This document shows, one piece after another, positions 1 through 11,719 of a stretch of 64,000 bases of DNA. Numbering within the stretch: position 1 is the stretch's first letter; each line of letters starts with the position of its first letter. Made by a program: the position numbers and the translations under genes. The stretch comes from Ostrea edulis (Eukaryota). The notes beneath the pieces were generated by a model. The model was not told the DNA's origin. It made no database searches and saw nothing but the letters and a program-made list of their open reading frames with translations. The stretch lies in assembly GCF_947568905.1 (NCBI RefSeq), contig NC_079164.1, positions 77,500,001-77,564,000 on the forward strand. Direction: 5' to 3'.

Positions 1-90
1 GAGTCTTCCATATCTGCTTCAAATTTGGATATTTTATTGAACATGGATGTTAATGGCAAACTGACAATTCTACTTCATGACAAACAATGA
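1..90 (+). mobile_element. Penelope-like retroelement RT fragment
   Basis: Frame 1 reads SASNLDILLNMDVNGKLTILLHDK, a decayed match to the SASYLD...GKL-T-LYDK motif of mollusc Penelope-like elements. Confidence 0.55.
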
Positions 91-529
91 CAGGTGATAT
101 CGTAACGGGTCTCGTTCGTGTGTGGGCGAGTGTGTGTGTGTGTAACACTAGTTTGTAAACACTCTAAGGCCACATTATTTGCTCCATTGGCTTCACATGT
201 AGCATTGTTATCAAAAAAGGAATAACCCTATTGATTTGTGGGTCAAAAAGTCAAAGGTCAAGATCACTACCGGACTTCATAGAAAAATCTTGTAGACATG
301 CTCTCATTGTGAGGGGATATGCACTACTTTGTGGAGTTTTTTGTTTTAATATATTTTGCTACCTGTCAAAATTTTTAGACAATTGTGAAGACAACTTCTG
401 CGACTGCCTCCCCTTTTCACTCTTTGAAGAGAGTATTTTGTTGGGCAAGTGTCCTAGAGTCATCCAAAACCCTATTTCTTAACTGTTTTATATCTATAAC
501 TATTGAGATCCTGACCCCTAAACCATATA

Positions 530-760
530 CAGACCCCGAAGCCTACTACTACACCACTTGCATGGAATATTATGAAATTATTCTTACAAGAAAGGTGAAC
601 AGTTTGCATGGAAAGGTGAGCAATTTGCAAGCAATGGTGAAAGATCTGCAGGGAACGGTGAATGGTTTGCACGGAATGCTTCGTACGAAATGTTGAATGC
701 TTTTTAAGTGTTCTGCATGATATGGTAGGCATGTCTTGCATGGTTTGATTTTTCTGGCAG
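530..760. mobile_element. Partial TA|CAG-terminated MITE with 21-nt internal repeats
   Basis: TA then CAGACCCCGAAGCCTACTACTACACC; reverse-complement homolog of 15300-15570. Confidence 0.6.
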
Positions 761-2184
761 TTTACAGACAGACATATGGACAGAGTGAATGCTATATGGT
801 GCCCATCATACGGCGGGGCATCTATTACTTCTTTCAGGTGAAACAGGCCACAGTATGACATATGTCAATATGAATCCGCAACAGATGATCAATAGATAAG
901 CAAATAGTAAAGAGGGCTCAGGAATGAATTATTCTCCCTCTTGATTTACACAAAATAAATAAAAAAGAATCATCTGTAACCATACAAACAAACATAGCAA
1001 AGCGGTTATTTCAAGCCTGTATTAAGCCATTCTGTTAGAGAAGAAGCAACAAAAATATCTGTTTATATAGAAGAAACAAATAATACAAACATATCTATTT
1101 ATCACGAAATTCAAATAACTGTCCACGACATTTTGATGAAATCACGCACACCATTCTCAAAATTAATTAACAGAAAATCTGTCAACTCCTCAGAGAATTT
1201 CCTCTAATTGTAAATGACACTTTCAAACCGAGACCTCTTCAAACTGGCCATGACAGAATGCCAACAACATAGTCATGCTTTTGTTGGTTATCAATATACT
1301 GAAATCTGATTATTCCTTGCTAATTTCATGAATTACCAATCTATTGCAGATCTATCATCCATAAATGATTTCATTGGTTGCTACTGAGTTCTCTTGCATC
1401 AGGAATGAAAATACAGGATACCGTATATCACATTGAAAAATTCCCCTAGGGACATTGAAAATCATCCCAGTTCAGTTCAGATAAACCATAGAAATTCAAC
1501 AAAATACCCTATACAAAAATATATCATCTAGTTACATTATTTTTTTTGGTCTTCTAAATGTTGCAATATAAAAACAAAATGAAATAAAATTCATTGTGAT
1601 TATACATGTATGGCGTACATAGTGAGGTTTAAAATTTTGGACCGATAAATAACTCAAATCCACATATACATGTACATACAATGAATTTCAACACGCAACC
1701 CGCAATCCTATCATCTCGCTAAGTCACATCTCATTCACATCAAATTATGAACTTATTTGAATTGTGTAAATTTCATCCTAGTCTTGTGATCCCATGCAAA
1801 ATGCAGTGCACAAAACGGATTAAAAATGAGCAGGTCTAATGCATTTAGTGAATCAAAGGCCTCAAGGGCCTCAGCGTCGACTCATCCACGATTTCCAACA
1901 GGGGGAGGGGGGGGGGGGGGGGGTTGGTGGTTTATATACATACAGCGCCATCTTATAAACTTATTCTGAATCTTTAAAGTACGGTAAACAAAATGTACAT
2001 GCATAAATATATCCATCTTCCCAAGCCAAGGGTTTCTGATCCGCTCTGCTCCACATATGGGGCAGATCAGAATCCCTTGACTTGGGAAGGTGAAGTATAT
2101 TATGCTTAACTAGATATCTATGTAATTTTAACGTCACACACAAACAAAAAACATATAAATAGATAACATGTAGCAAACTTGAAT

Positions 2185-2790
2185 ATCGTATTGTGTGTGT
2201 ATCCTATCGTATTGTGTGTGTATCCTATCGTATTGTGTGTGTATCCTATCGTATCGAGTGTGTATCCTATCGTATTGTGCATGTATCCTATCATATTGTG
2301 TGTGTATTCTATCGTATCGTGAGTATCCTATTGTATCAAGTGAGTATCCTATCGTCCTATCATATCGAGTGAGTATCCCATCATATCTTACGTGTATCCT
2401 ATCATATTGTGCGTGTATCCTATCGTATCGTGCGCATATCCTATCCTATCGTGCATGTATCCTATCATATTGTGTTTGTATCCTATCCTATAGTGCGAGT
2501 ATTCTATCGTATCGTGTGAGTATCCTATCGTATCGTGTGAGTATCCTATTGTATCGTGTGAGTATCCTATTGTATCGTGTGAGTATCCCATCATATCTTA
2601 CGTGTACCCTATCATATCATGCATGTATCCTATCGTATAGTGTGTGTATCCTATCGTATCGTGCGTGTATCCTATCCTATCATGCATGTATCCTATCATA
2701 TTGTGTTTGTATCCTATCCTATAGTGTGAGTATCCTATTCTATCGTGTGTGTATCCTATCGTATCGTGCATGCATCGTGATCTATCGTTT
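2185..2790. repeat. 21-bp minisatellite (TATTGTGTGTGTATCCTATCG)n
   Basis: About 600 bp of degenerate 21-nt units; source of the CILSY-repeat ORFs. Confidence 0.9.
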
Positions 2791-3230
2791 ATCATGTCAA
2801 GAATAACATTGCGGGTACTGTATGAGGAAAGGGGTCTGTGTCTTTCTACCCCTCCACACTTGGTAGAATATAAGTTCATCTGCATTTCTTATGCACTTTC
2901 AGTTGTAAGATATTAAGTGTTAGTCCCTATAATAAAAGCTATTCCATTTAGTGTGATCTTACACTTTGCAAAGTATAAAATCAATTTCATCCAACTAGCT
3001 ATCCCATTTAACAGTCACCCAATAATATTTCATAGTCCCTGCACACAATGACAAAGATGCATGCAGTAGCTAAAGTTCTCCATCTTCTGATTCAATGCAT
3101 TTATAAACACTCTCCATCTTAGTTTATTAGGACGACTACACATGACACCTTTACAGCTTGCAGGTGTATATACTAAACCTGATTTTGTTACTTGCAATAT
3201 CTACAAAGGGCAGGTGCAGTGCTGACTTAC

Positions 3231-3360
3231 CTTGACATGATATTAATGGAACCTGGAACTTTCTAAGTAGACGATGTAGTTGCTGCTGTATTTCAATTGC
3301 ACGACAGAGGCCTTTGTAGTTCAGAAAATTTTCTTTGCACCACTTGGAATTCTTCTTATA
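3231..3360 (-). CDS. DHX35: DHX35 exon 22 ([18 protein letters not shown]...[10 protein letters not shown])
   Basis: WC-ENFLN motif, GTAAGT donor. Confidence 0.92.
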
Positions 3361-6300
3361 CTATTCAGCAGAAAAGGTAATTTTCAGTGTAACAAAAAAA
3401 AATTCAACATATCAAAGAGGAGAAAATGATTTTCAACATTAACTGCCAATCATACAGGGCGGAGAGAGCTACCAAGAGGCCCTGGGTAGATCCAGGGCAA
3501 AACCCTCACAGAGAAACAAGAAAGTTTCACAAAGCCCTCACAGAGAAACAAGAAAGTTTCACAAAGCCCCCATGAAGGAAAACACCATTGCAGTAAAAAC
3601 CATATTGAATGAAGTCTTTACTTTCACAAAATAACATTTCTCTCAAATGTTGTTGTTACTAACTTTATATTTGATTTAATAAAGACTTTGATATTACAAT
3701 AATACATTAAATTTTGTTGTGTGTAAGAGGGGTCAGGATTGCACCCATTGTAACCTCCTTCTGTTTAACAGCCCTACAATTTACATCTATAAACCAAAAA
3801 CACCACCTCGACAACAATATTACACCAAAAGCAGCAGCTGAAGGTTTTCATTCATAAAACTGCATTAACATCAAATCCTCATTTGATCTGTTATATCAAC
3901 AAAGGACAGTAAATTTGAATGTTTTGCATATCATTACTGAAAATGTTTATACAACAGGATCTTCCAATTGCACAATAACAAAAGTGCTTTGCTTCTTTTG
4001 CGTATACAGAAGGCTAGTTTTTACCTACACCAAAAGCATATTACATACCTTGATTTTACATACCTACCTTGATAAAAGTGCGAAACACATTTAGTAAACT
4101 AACATGGTCACCTTCCTCAACAGAAAAATTTCTCTTGGCACGATTCTGCAAGAAAAGAAAATCAATTTAATAGGTGTATGTTATTTTTGTATGACAAAGC
4201 ATGCCAAAATACATATATCATATGTTAGGCTCTGCTCCGCACCCTTAGATTGATGTATTATTATGATTTGTATAATGTTTCACCCACAGCTTTCTTGACA
4301 AGCAAATAAACATTTCAATATTTTTACAAGATAAATGTACGTCAAAACAGAACCATAGCACTGTTAAAAAAAAAATCATTCTGTACGTAATGCCGGGCAA
4401 TACAAGTCCCCTACAAACCCAAGTCAATTTAAGTTGTTTGCAAATCACTGTTTGAAAGATTAAAAGTTAACAGTTTATGCATATAATCAAAATAAATATT
4501 ATACAAACAAAAATAACCAAAATGTATTTGTAAAACACTTGATGAAAAATGTTCATCTCAGAAATGAATTTCAATTTTGAAAATACATGAGGTTATAAGA
4601 ACAGCCAATTTCATGCCAGCTAGCATACTTCATGAAGCATGTTAGCGCTTCAAGAAATGCTTGCTAGTGTAAAGTGTTGCAGTTCATAACTTCATACTCA
4701 TGTATTTTTAAAAAAGAAATTTCTTTTTTATATTTACATTCTACTTTCATTTCTGTTAGAACTCCCAGAGCCATTTATAAACAATCAACCAGAAGGGTAC
4801 AGTTTAAAATTTTATTGGGTCTTTACAAACCCAAACATCACTACATATAAACAAATGCTGCCATATAATGTTGTACATATACACATACTACACCTACAAT
4901 AACTAATAATTTGGCATCTTGGGGGCTACTCATTCCTTTCTTAACAATCTATTATTAATAACAATATTTGGCTTGATCCTATCATCAAAATTGTCCGAAA
5001 GAAAAGAGTAAACAACCCTGCCTAGGGTCAATATAAACCCAGACTCATGCACTCTGGGCTGATCCCAGGAGTATGCCTGGGGCTGATCCCAGCAGGCATC
5101 ACAGAACAAGTGAACCATGCCCGGGGCTGATCCCAGCAGGCATAAAAGAAAGTGAACCATGCCCGGGGCTGATCCCAGCAGGCATCAAAGAAAGTGACCT
5201 ATGCCAGGAGCTGATCCCAGCAGGCAACGAAAGGGAACGAGTACTCTGAGCTGAACCCAGGAGCGATAACGTATTCCTGGGACTGAACCAGCAGGCATAA
5301 AACTTGTGTTAGTCTAAGAAAACACTACATACTAGTCAAAATCTATTAAAAAAATTAACAAACTACCTACGTACAATAAGTTATATGTGATGATAAAACT
5401 GTGGTATATACCGTAATAATAAGCAAAACCAAACATAGACTTGGGGGTAGAATTCCCCTGGAATGAACGCCAAATGAACGAAGGAATGAGTGATGCCCCC
5501 AAGTATATCGGTTACAAGACATTTTTTAATGGATTGTTGACAAAAAATTGTTTATTTTAGTTTTTTAAACTTAGTAAACCTTCTTTTGAGATTCAAAAAT
5601 ACAAAGTTTTTGTTGAGCTTTTTTAAGAACCTCAGGATCAGTTCTGATATATCTCACATAACAGTCAGATGTCCATCTACTTAAGTCTTTGATAATGTGG
5701 TCTTCCACCCCCGCTGCAGCAGCAGCTGTGGCAGCTCCTATTCTAAAGGAGTGACCTGCATATTTTGTGTCATTCAGGCCAACTTGCATGAGTAAAGATC
5801 TCAGATGCTGTATAAATGTATCCCTAAGCATCGGTACATGGTTAAATTCACCAGTGATAAACAATGGTGACTGCATGAGGATAGCACATGGCAAAGAATT
5901 TCTAATTTGCAGATATGAACACATGATATGTACAGGTTTAAAAACATAATTTTCATAAATAGTAATATTTACACCTCGTGAAAATGGATCTGTTTTATTT
6001 CAATTAAAATAGATGTACTATATCTATCAAGATGTGCATGGTTACAACTGCAGTGCATTCATGAGGAAATGGCTATCATTGCAAAAGACAAAGACATCAA
6101 AACGGCAAAAACATTGGAAACGTAACCCAATCTAATTAAAATCAGATCCTAGGATACGCTCACAATCGCTATAATAGGATCTGACATAACCCCATTGGGG
6201 GGTCATGTCCACATGACCTTTTGCTTGGAATATTCAGGAGAACTATCAGCCAGTAAGATTGCGCCATACAGACAATGATGGGTATTCAGGCGGTTCCTGG

Positions 6301-9300
6301 CAATTCGTAATCAAGTTGTAGTAATCGATTTCCCACGAAGTTTATTGCACTGCACTATAAAATTGTATATTCTCACATAAAGAATTTTAAACTTTCGCAA
6401 TAATGCCCAATCTATTCCGTCCATACAAACAACAAAACGTACGAGATAAAATACACCCAAATCAAATTAATTGTGAATTGCGATTTATGTATGAATAGGG
6501 ATGGATACGATTTGAATAGTTTTCAAAATAGTTTACTTAATTAACGCGAGGAATATAACGCCAGTCGACGTAAACGGTGCATTGTGACGTCACATCTAGC
6601 TGCGATGTGTTTTCTTTCAAACCAAACAATCACAGCCGTTTTCCTTGAATTGTAAACATCGATGGTTTCAAAGCAGACGCGCTGATTGGCTGATATAAAG
6701 TTCATCTGAACATAACCCCTAATCGGGTTATGCAAGATCTTCTTACGCAGAGTATACGGTGCGGATCTAAGAAGTCTGATTTTAATTAGATTGAAACGTA
6801 ATCATATAAATGTAACTGCTCGGACTGTATCTGCATTACTGTCTCACAAAAAGTAGGCCATCTTTAACCTATACGGAAATTAAAGCCTTCATTAGATATA
6901 TGCAATAAAAATATATTATATAGACAAGATTTTAATATCCTCTTATACAAATGTTAAAACATACTTATTTAGAAATAAAGTCAAAACTGGAGACCAATTT
7001 CACCTTAGGGTTAAAATTCTTTTTTTTCTTATATTACAATGCATAGAAATTAATTTGAATGAAATCTTTTTAATTCAAAGCAAATGAACAGTCCACTTAG
7101 CTCATAATGAATTGTTTTCATATTGAAGTACTCATCATCATCAACCCTCTCTGCATTGTGGACTATACAGATTAAATAAAACCCACCACATTTAATGCCT
7201 GCAAAACTATTCCTGTTCTAATGATACTAACACTCTCTGCATTGTGAACTATACAGATTAAATAAAAACCACCACATTTAATACCTACAAAACTATTTCT
7301 GTCCTAATGGTACTACATGTAACACCCTCGGCAGGGCTCATCCACATTTGTGCATGTATTTGAAATATTGTATAACTGAAGACCACAGAAAGACACGAAT
7401 TACAACATTATATTCATGTTTCACCTGAAAACAAGTTAAACGATACACTAAATTCCTTTGATCTTCATTTTTATCAATGTTCATGGTGTGAAAAGCAGGA
7501 AATGTAAATCTGATGAACACAGTATAGATCTTTGGTCACCAACTTGAATCTATACACTTAACTATGTGAAACCAATTAATTGTCCCTGTAACAGATGGAT
7601 GGATGAATAGACAGACAGACATGGTTGAACCATTATGCCCCTAAACATTTGTGAGGATACTGGCAGAATGTATACTATCAGAAATACCATAAAATATAAC
7701 TACAAATGGCCATAACTTTCTCAAAATTGAACGAATCAACATGAAAATATAATTTCTTTTTGTTAAATACATTTAAATGTCTCCCCAAATTGAAAGTGTT
7801 CCAAATTATACTCTTTCCCCTTAATGTACTGCATGGTATGGAGAAGAAATCATGTGCAGAAACATAGACATTGTGAATTGCACTATGTGCACTGAGGAAA
7901 AAGATGCAGAAGAGATTCAACATCAAAGTCACCAATGTCATTGTTGTATATGATACAAAAATACTGACTATATGCAGAAATACCAGTAGGAAAGTGAACA
8001 TACCCTTGTACAAGAAAAAAAAGAACTATAAAACACTCCTCTTTGATCCATTGTAAATTGTAGGAAAATATTAGATCCATCAGTCAAAGCAATGTGAACA
8101 CCATGAAATGATAATGAATCATAGTACAAAGTTTCAAGTCTTTTCGATAAGCCAATATATTGGAGGAGAGGCGTTCAAAAGCTATTTTACCCCCTCCACT
8201 GCATCTGGTGCAGGGGATGTATGTCAATGCTCGTAGCTGTGTTCCCGTTGGTGACAGCTACAGTGAGGAGTTTGCTGTGAAGGTCGGAGTTCATCAGGGG
8301 TCAGTACTCAGCCCTCTGCTTTTCATCATCGTGCTCGAGGCTCTTTCATGTAAATATTGTACCAGTGTCCCCTGTGAGGATCTGTATGCAGATGACCTGG
8401 TTATCATTGTTGACTCATTAGATGATGTGTCAAGAGGCTCCTGACTTGGAAAGAAGCTATGTAAAGGAAAGGACTGAGAGTGAATGCGGGCAAAACCAAG
8501 ATCATGATCTGCGGTACGGGTGTTGACCTACTTCAGGACTCAGACAGCTTCCCATGTGCTGTCTGCCATACAGGTGTAAGCAGCAATAGTATTTTCTGCA
8601 ATGGCTGCAAGCACTGGGTGCACAAGAAATGCAGAGGACTCATGCACCTGTTTGTGGACCCTGACTTTCGATGCTCAAGATGCAGGGGAATGACTCGCCC
8701 TCTTGACGGCAGGCCACAGAGTGATGTCCAAGTTGGTCTGAACAAGTTGTAGGTTCCTTCTGCTACCTCGGAGACATACTTTCTGCAGCTGGTGGCTGTG
8801 ACCTTGCAACCACTACGCATGTGAAGACCGCTTGGAAGAAGTTCAGGGAGCTGCTACCGGTCCTGACATATCACACCACCTGTTGTATACGACTCGTGGT
8901 CAAGTGTATAGCACTTGTGTACGGAGCACTATGCTACATGCCAGTTAAACCTGCATGGGCACTGACCAAGCTAAATCTTCATTGCATACAGCGCAATGAC
9001 AGGGCCATGATCAGACAGATCTGCAACATCAAGACAGAAGATATCGCCACTGTAGGTTCAACTGAATTGCTGAGGCGGCTTGGTCTCGATGACCTTGACC
9101 TCATCTTAAGGGAAAGGAGACTTCACTGGTACGGCCATATTGTCAGATCCAGCAGTGCAGTCAAGTGCGCTCTCAATATACAAGTTCCTGGTAGGCGTAG
9201 AGTTTGTCGGCCAATGATATCATGGAGAGGGCTGATGGAGAAAGATCAAAGAGAATGGAATCTCTCTACTGCCGACCCTCATGACCGGCAAAAAAGGAGA

Positions 9301-11684
9301 TCTAAAGTGATATCTGCCATGCATGCAGCTAGCCAGATACCTGGAAGGGGGCCCACTAGGGTGCATAGACAATACCCGTACATCTGCACGTAAATGAAAA
9401 GGAACCTACAACAACACCCCTCTTAGATCCACTATAACTTTAAGGGTAACAATTGAATCCTGACGTAAATGACATGTACCGATAATATACACATCTGCAA
9501 ATGGCTATGAAGCATTGTAAAAGTTTCAAGTCTATCAGATAAGCCATATAGAAGAAATGTTCATAATTAAGCTATTTCACATTCCCCCACCCCTCTTAGA
9601 ACCACCATAACTTTTAGGAAAATAATTGGATCCTCATGTCCCAACAATATGCACATGCATCTACAAATGGCAATGAAGCATTGTACAAAGTTTCAAGTCT
9701 ATCTGATAAGCAATATAGGAAGAGAAGCATTCACAAGATTTTGTGACAGACAGACAGACAGACAGACTGATTTGTAATATTCTGTAATATTTTAAATCCA
9801 CCACTGTGGTATCTTAATAGGTGAAAACAAAACAATTATATAGATGAAATTAGCATTACAGTTCACATTACATTCCCTATGTGTATTTTGTCTTCTCTGT
9901 TCTATAAATATTATATCATCAAAACCTGTGTTCTATAGCTAGTAACAGAATATGGTAATTATACTAAAGAAAATATGACAGACTTTCCTCAAAGTGATGG
10001 TTCTCAAATTACTCAATGCACATACAATGGAAAAGATACAAACAAGAACCAAAATGCTGTCTGGTTTCTCTTTTTTCAAACAAAGCAGCTTAATTAACAA
10101 GGAAGGACCCTGACAATGAGAGGTTGTGATGTATGTTTAACCAAACATAGTTTATATATAATTAAAATAAAAGTTTATATATAAAATAAAATGTTTGTAC
10201 TACTATATGCCTATATAATAGAAGGAATTAAATAACTACAAGATTATTATATCCAATCTAAAATTTACTCTGCTGTGTGACAATAACCGAATCATCATGC
10301 ATTCATAATTCCTAGCAATCCTCAAAATCGGCACAAGAAATGATATAAGCCAATGATGGGCTTTCAAATTTCTTTCCAACATAAAATATTTCAGTATAAT
10401 TCTTGCTTGCAATATGAGAAATCAATTCCAAATTGGCTATTTCAAGTAGTCCAGAATCAAAGTCGATCAACGTAGTCCGAGAAGACTTGCGGAAATTGAC
10501 AGAGAAATATGAACTCTGTTGTTTTCCACATCAACAAATCAACTAATCCGTTCTAGGAAAGTGCAGTGGAGTTTGCCAAATAGGTAACAAGTCACCTAAA
10601 ATAAAAGCTGGAAATGTGGGTGGGGTTTTATTTGAAATTCACAATGTGTGTAAATACAATACCATTGGTACCCCGAGAATAATTCTGATATTACACTTTG
10701 ACATCATGATTGCATGACAAGGTTACTAGAATGCTAGGTTATTTCAGGACACAGAACTCACTGCTTTGAAAGTTGGTTCCTTTTATATTTTTTCTTCCAT
10801 ATCAGGATAATTTGGTATTTAATTGACACTTTGAAAGCCGACATACAGGGAACCTGTCCCATTAACTTTCTGATTAGTTAATGAAGAAAGCCAATGAAAA
10901 TGTATGATCTTCTGTTTTTGTGATACAGAGGCATGAATGCTGTCAGAATGCCCTGGTCCTGTGTCAATCAACTAAACAAATCCCATGATGCTTCAGCAAC
11001 AGCTTAAGCAATTAAAGCCCTGCTGTATATTTTACGATTGACATTCTCACTAGATGACTACGTAAAACACTATGCTCTTCATTCAAAATTCATTTCACTT
11101 CTTTGTAGATATTTTCATCTAATGCATGTATTATCACAACAATGAAGAATCATCCTTAAACTTGAGACACTGTACTGCACGCAATGTTCTGCAAAACACG
11201 AGCTTCCCATTAACGTTATACAAGTACGGTGAGCCAAAGTATTAGTAAATATTTTGAAGCATATATGCTTTTTAATTCTCAGATCATATTTACGAGATTT
11301 CACTACATCCAAAGATTAAGATGTTTTAAATTTGTGAATCATGTCCAGTAAAATAATGGGAAAAGATGATACCATCACTGATGGCCCCTGAACTCCATCC
11401 TCAATTCACAATCTGAAATAAATATCTGCAAGAGCAGAGGAAAAAAGTGTGGAAAACTGATTGACTAGACTGAGGACATGAGACAGACAGATGGATGCAT
11501 GGATAGACGGAGCACAAACCTAAAGTCCCCTTAATTCGACTTCGTTGGTGGGGGACAAATAGGAGAAAAGATGCTACCCCGACTCTGATCTCGATCCTCA
11601 AATTACAATCTGATTAAAATCAACTCCTTAATCCGCTCCTCTTTTTTTTAAATTGTCGCTACAGCGTGTAGCAACAATAAAAAG

Positions 11685-11719
<35 letters not shown>

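Noticed and set aside
2195-2885. 203-aa CILSY-repeat ORF and antisense IGY-repeat ORFs
   Set aside because: By-product of a 21-nt minisatellite; low complexity, no domain.
1-3230. DHX35 exon 23 (expected GFFANAA segment)
   Set aside because: Not found by eye in any minus frame; presumed to lie left of the window.
3500-3575. 33-bp tandem duplication (similar small duplications at ~7145-7310, 16280-16358 and 32709-32810)
   Set aside because: Ordinary local slippage with no associated structure.
10440-10610. Exon-like stretch with a good minus-strand acceptor (also ~20250-20335)
   Set aside because: Frames close quickly and do not fit the DHX35 peptide, which is continuous from exon 20 to exon 21.
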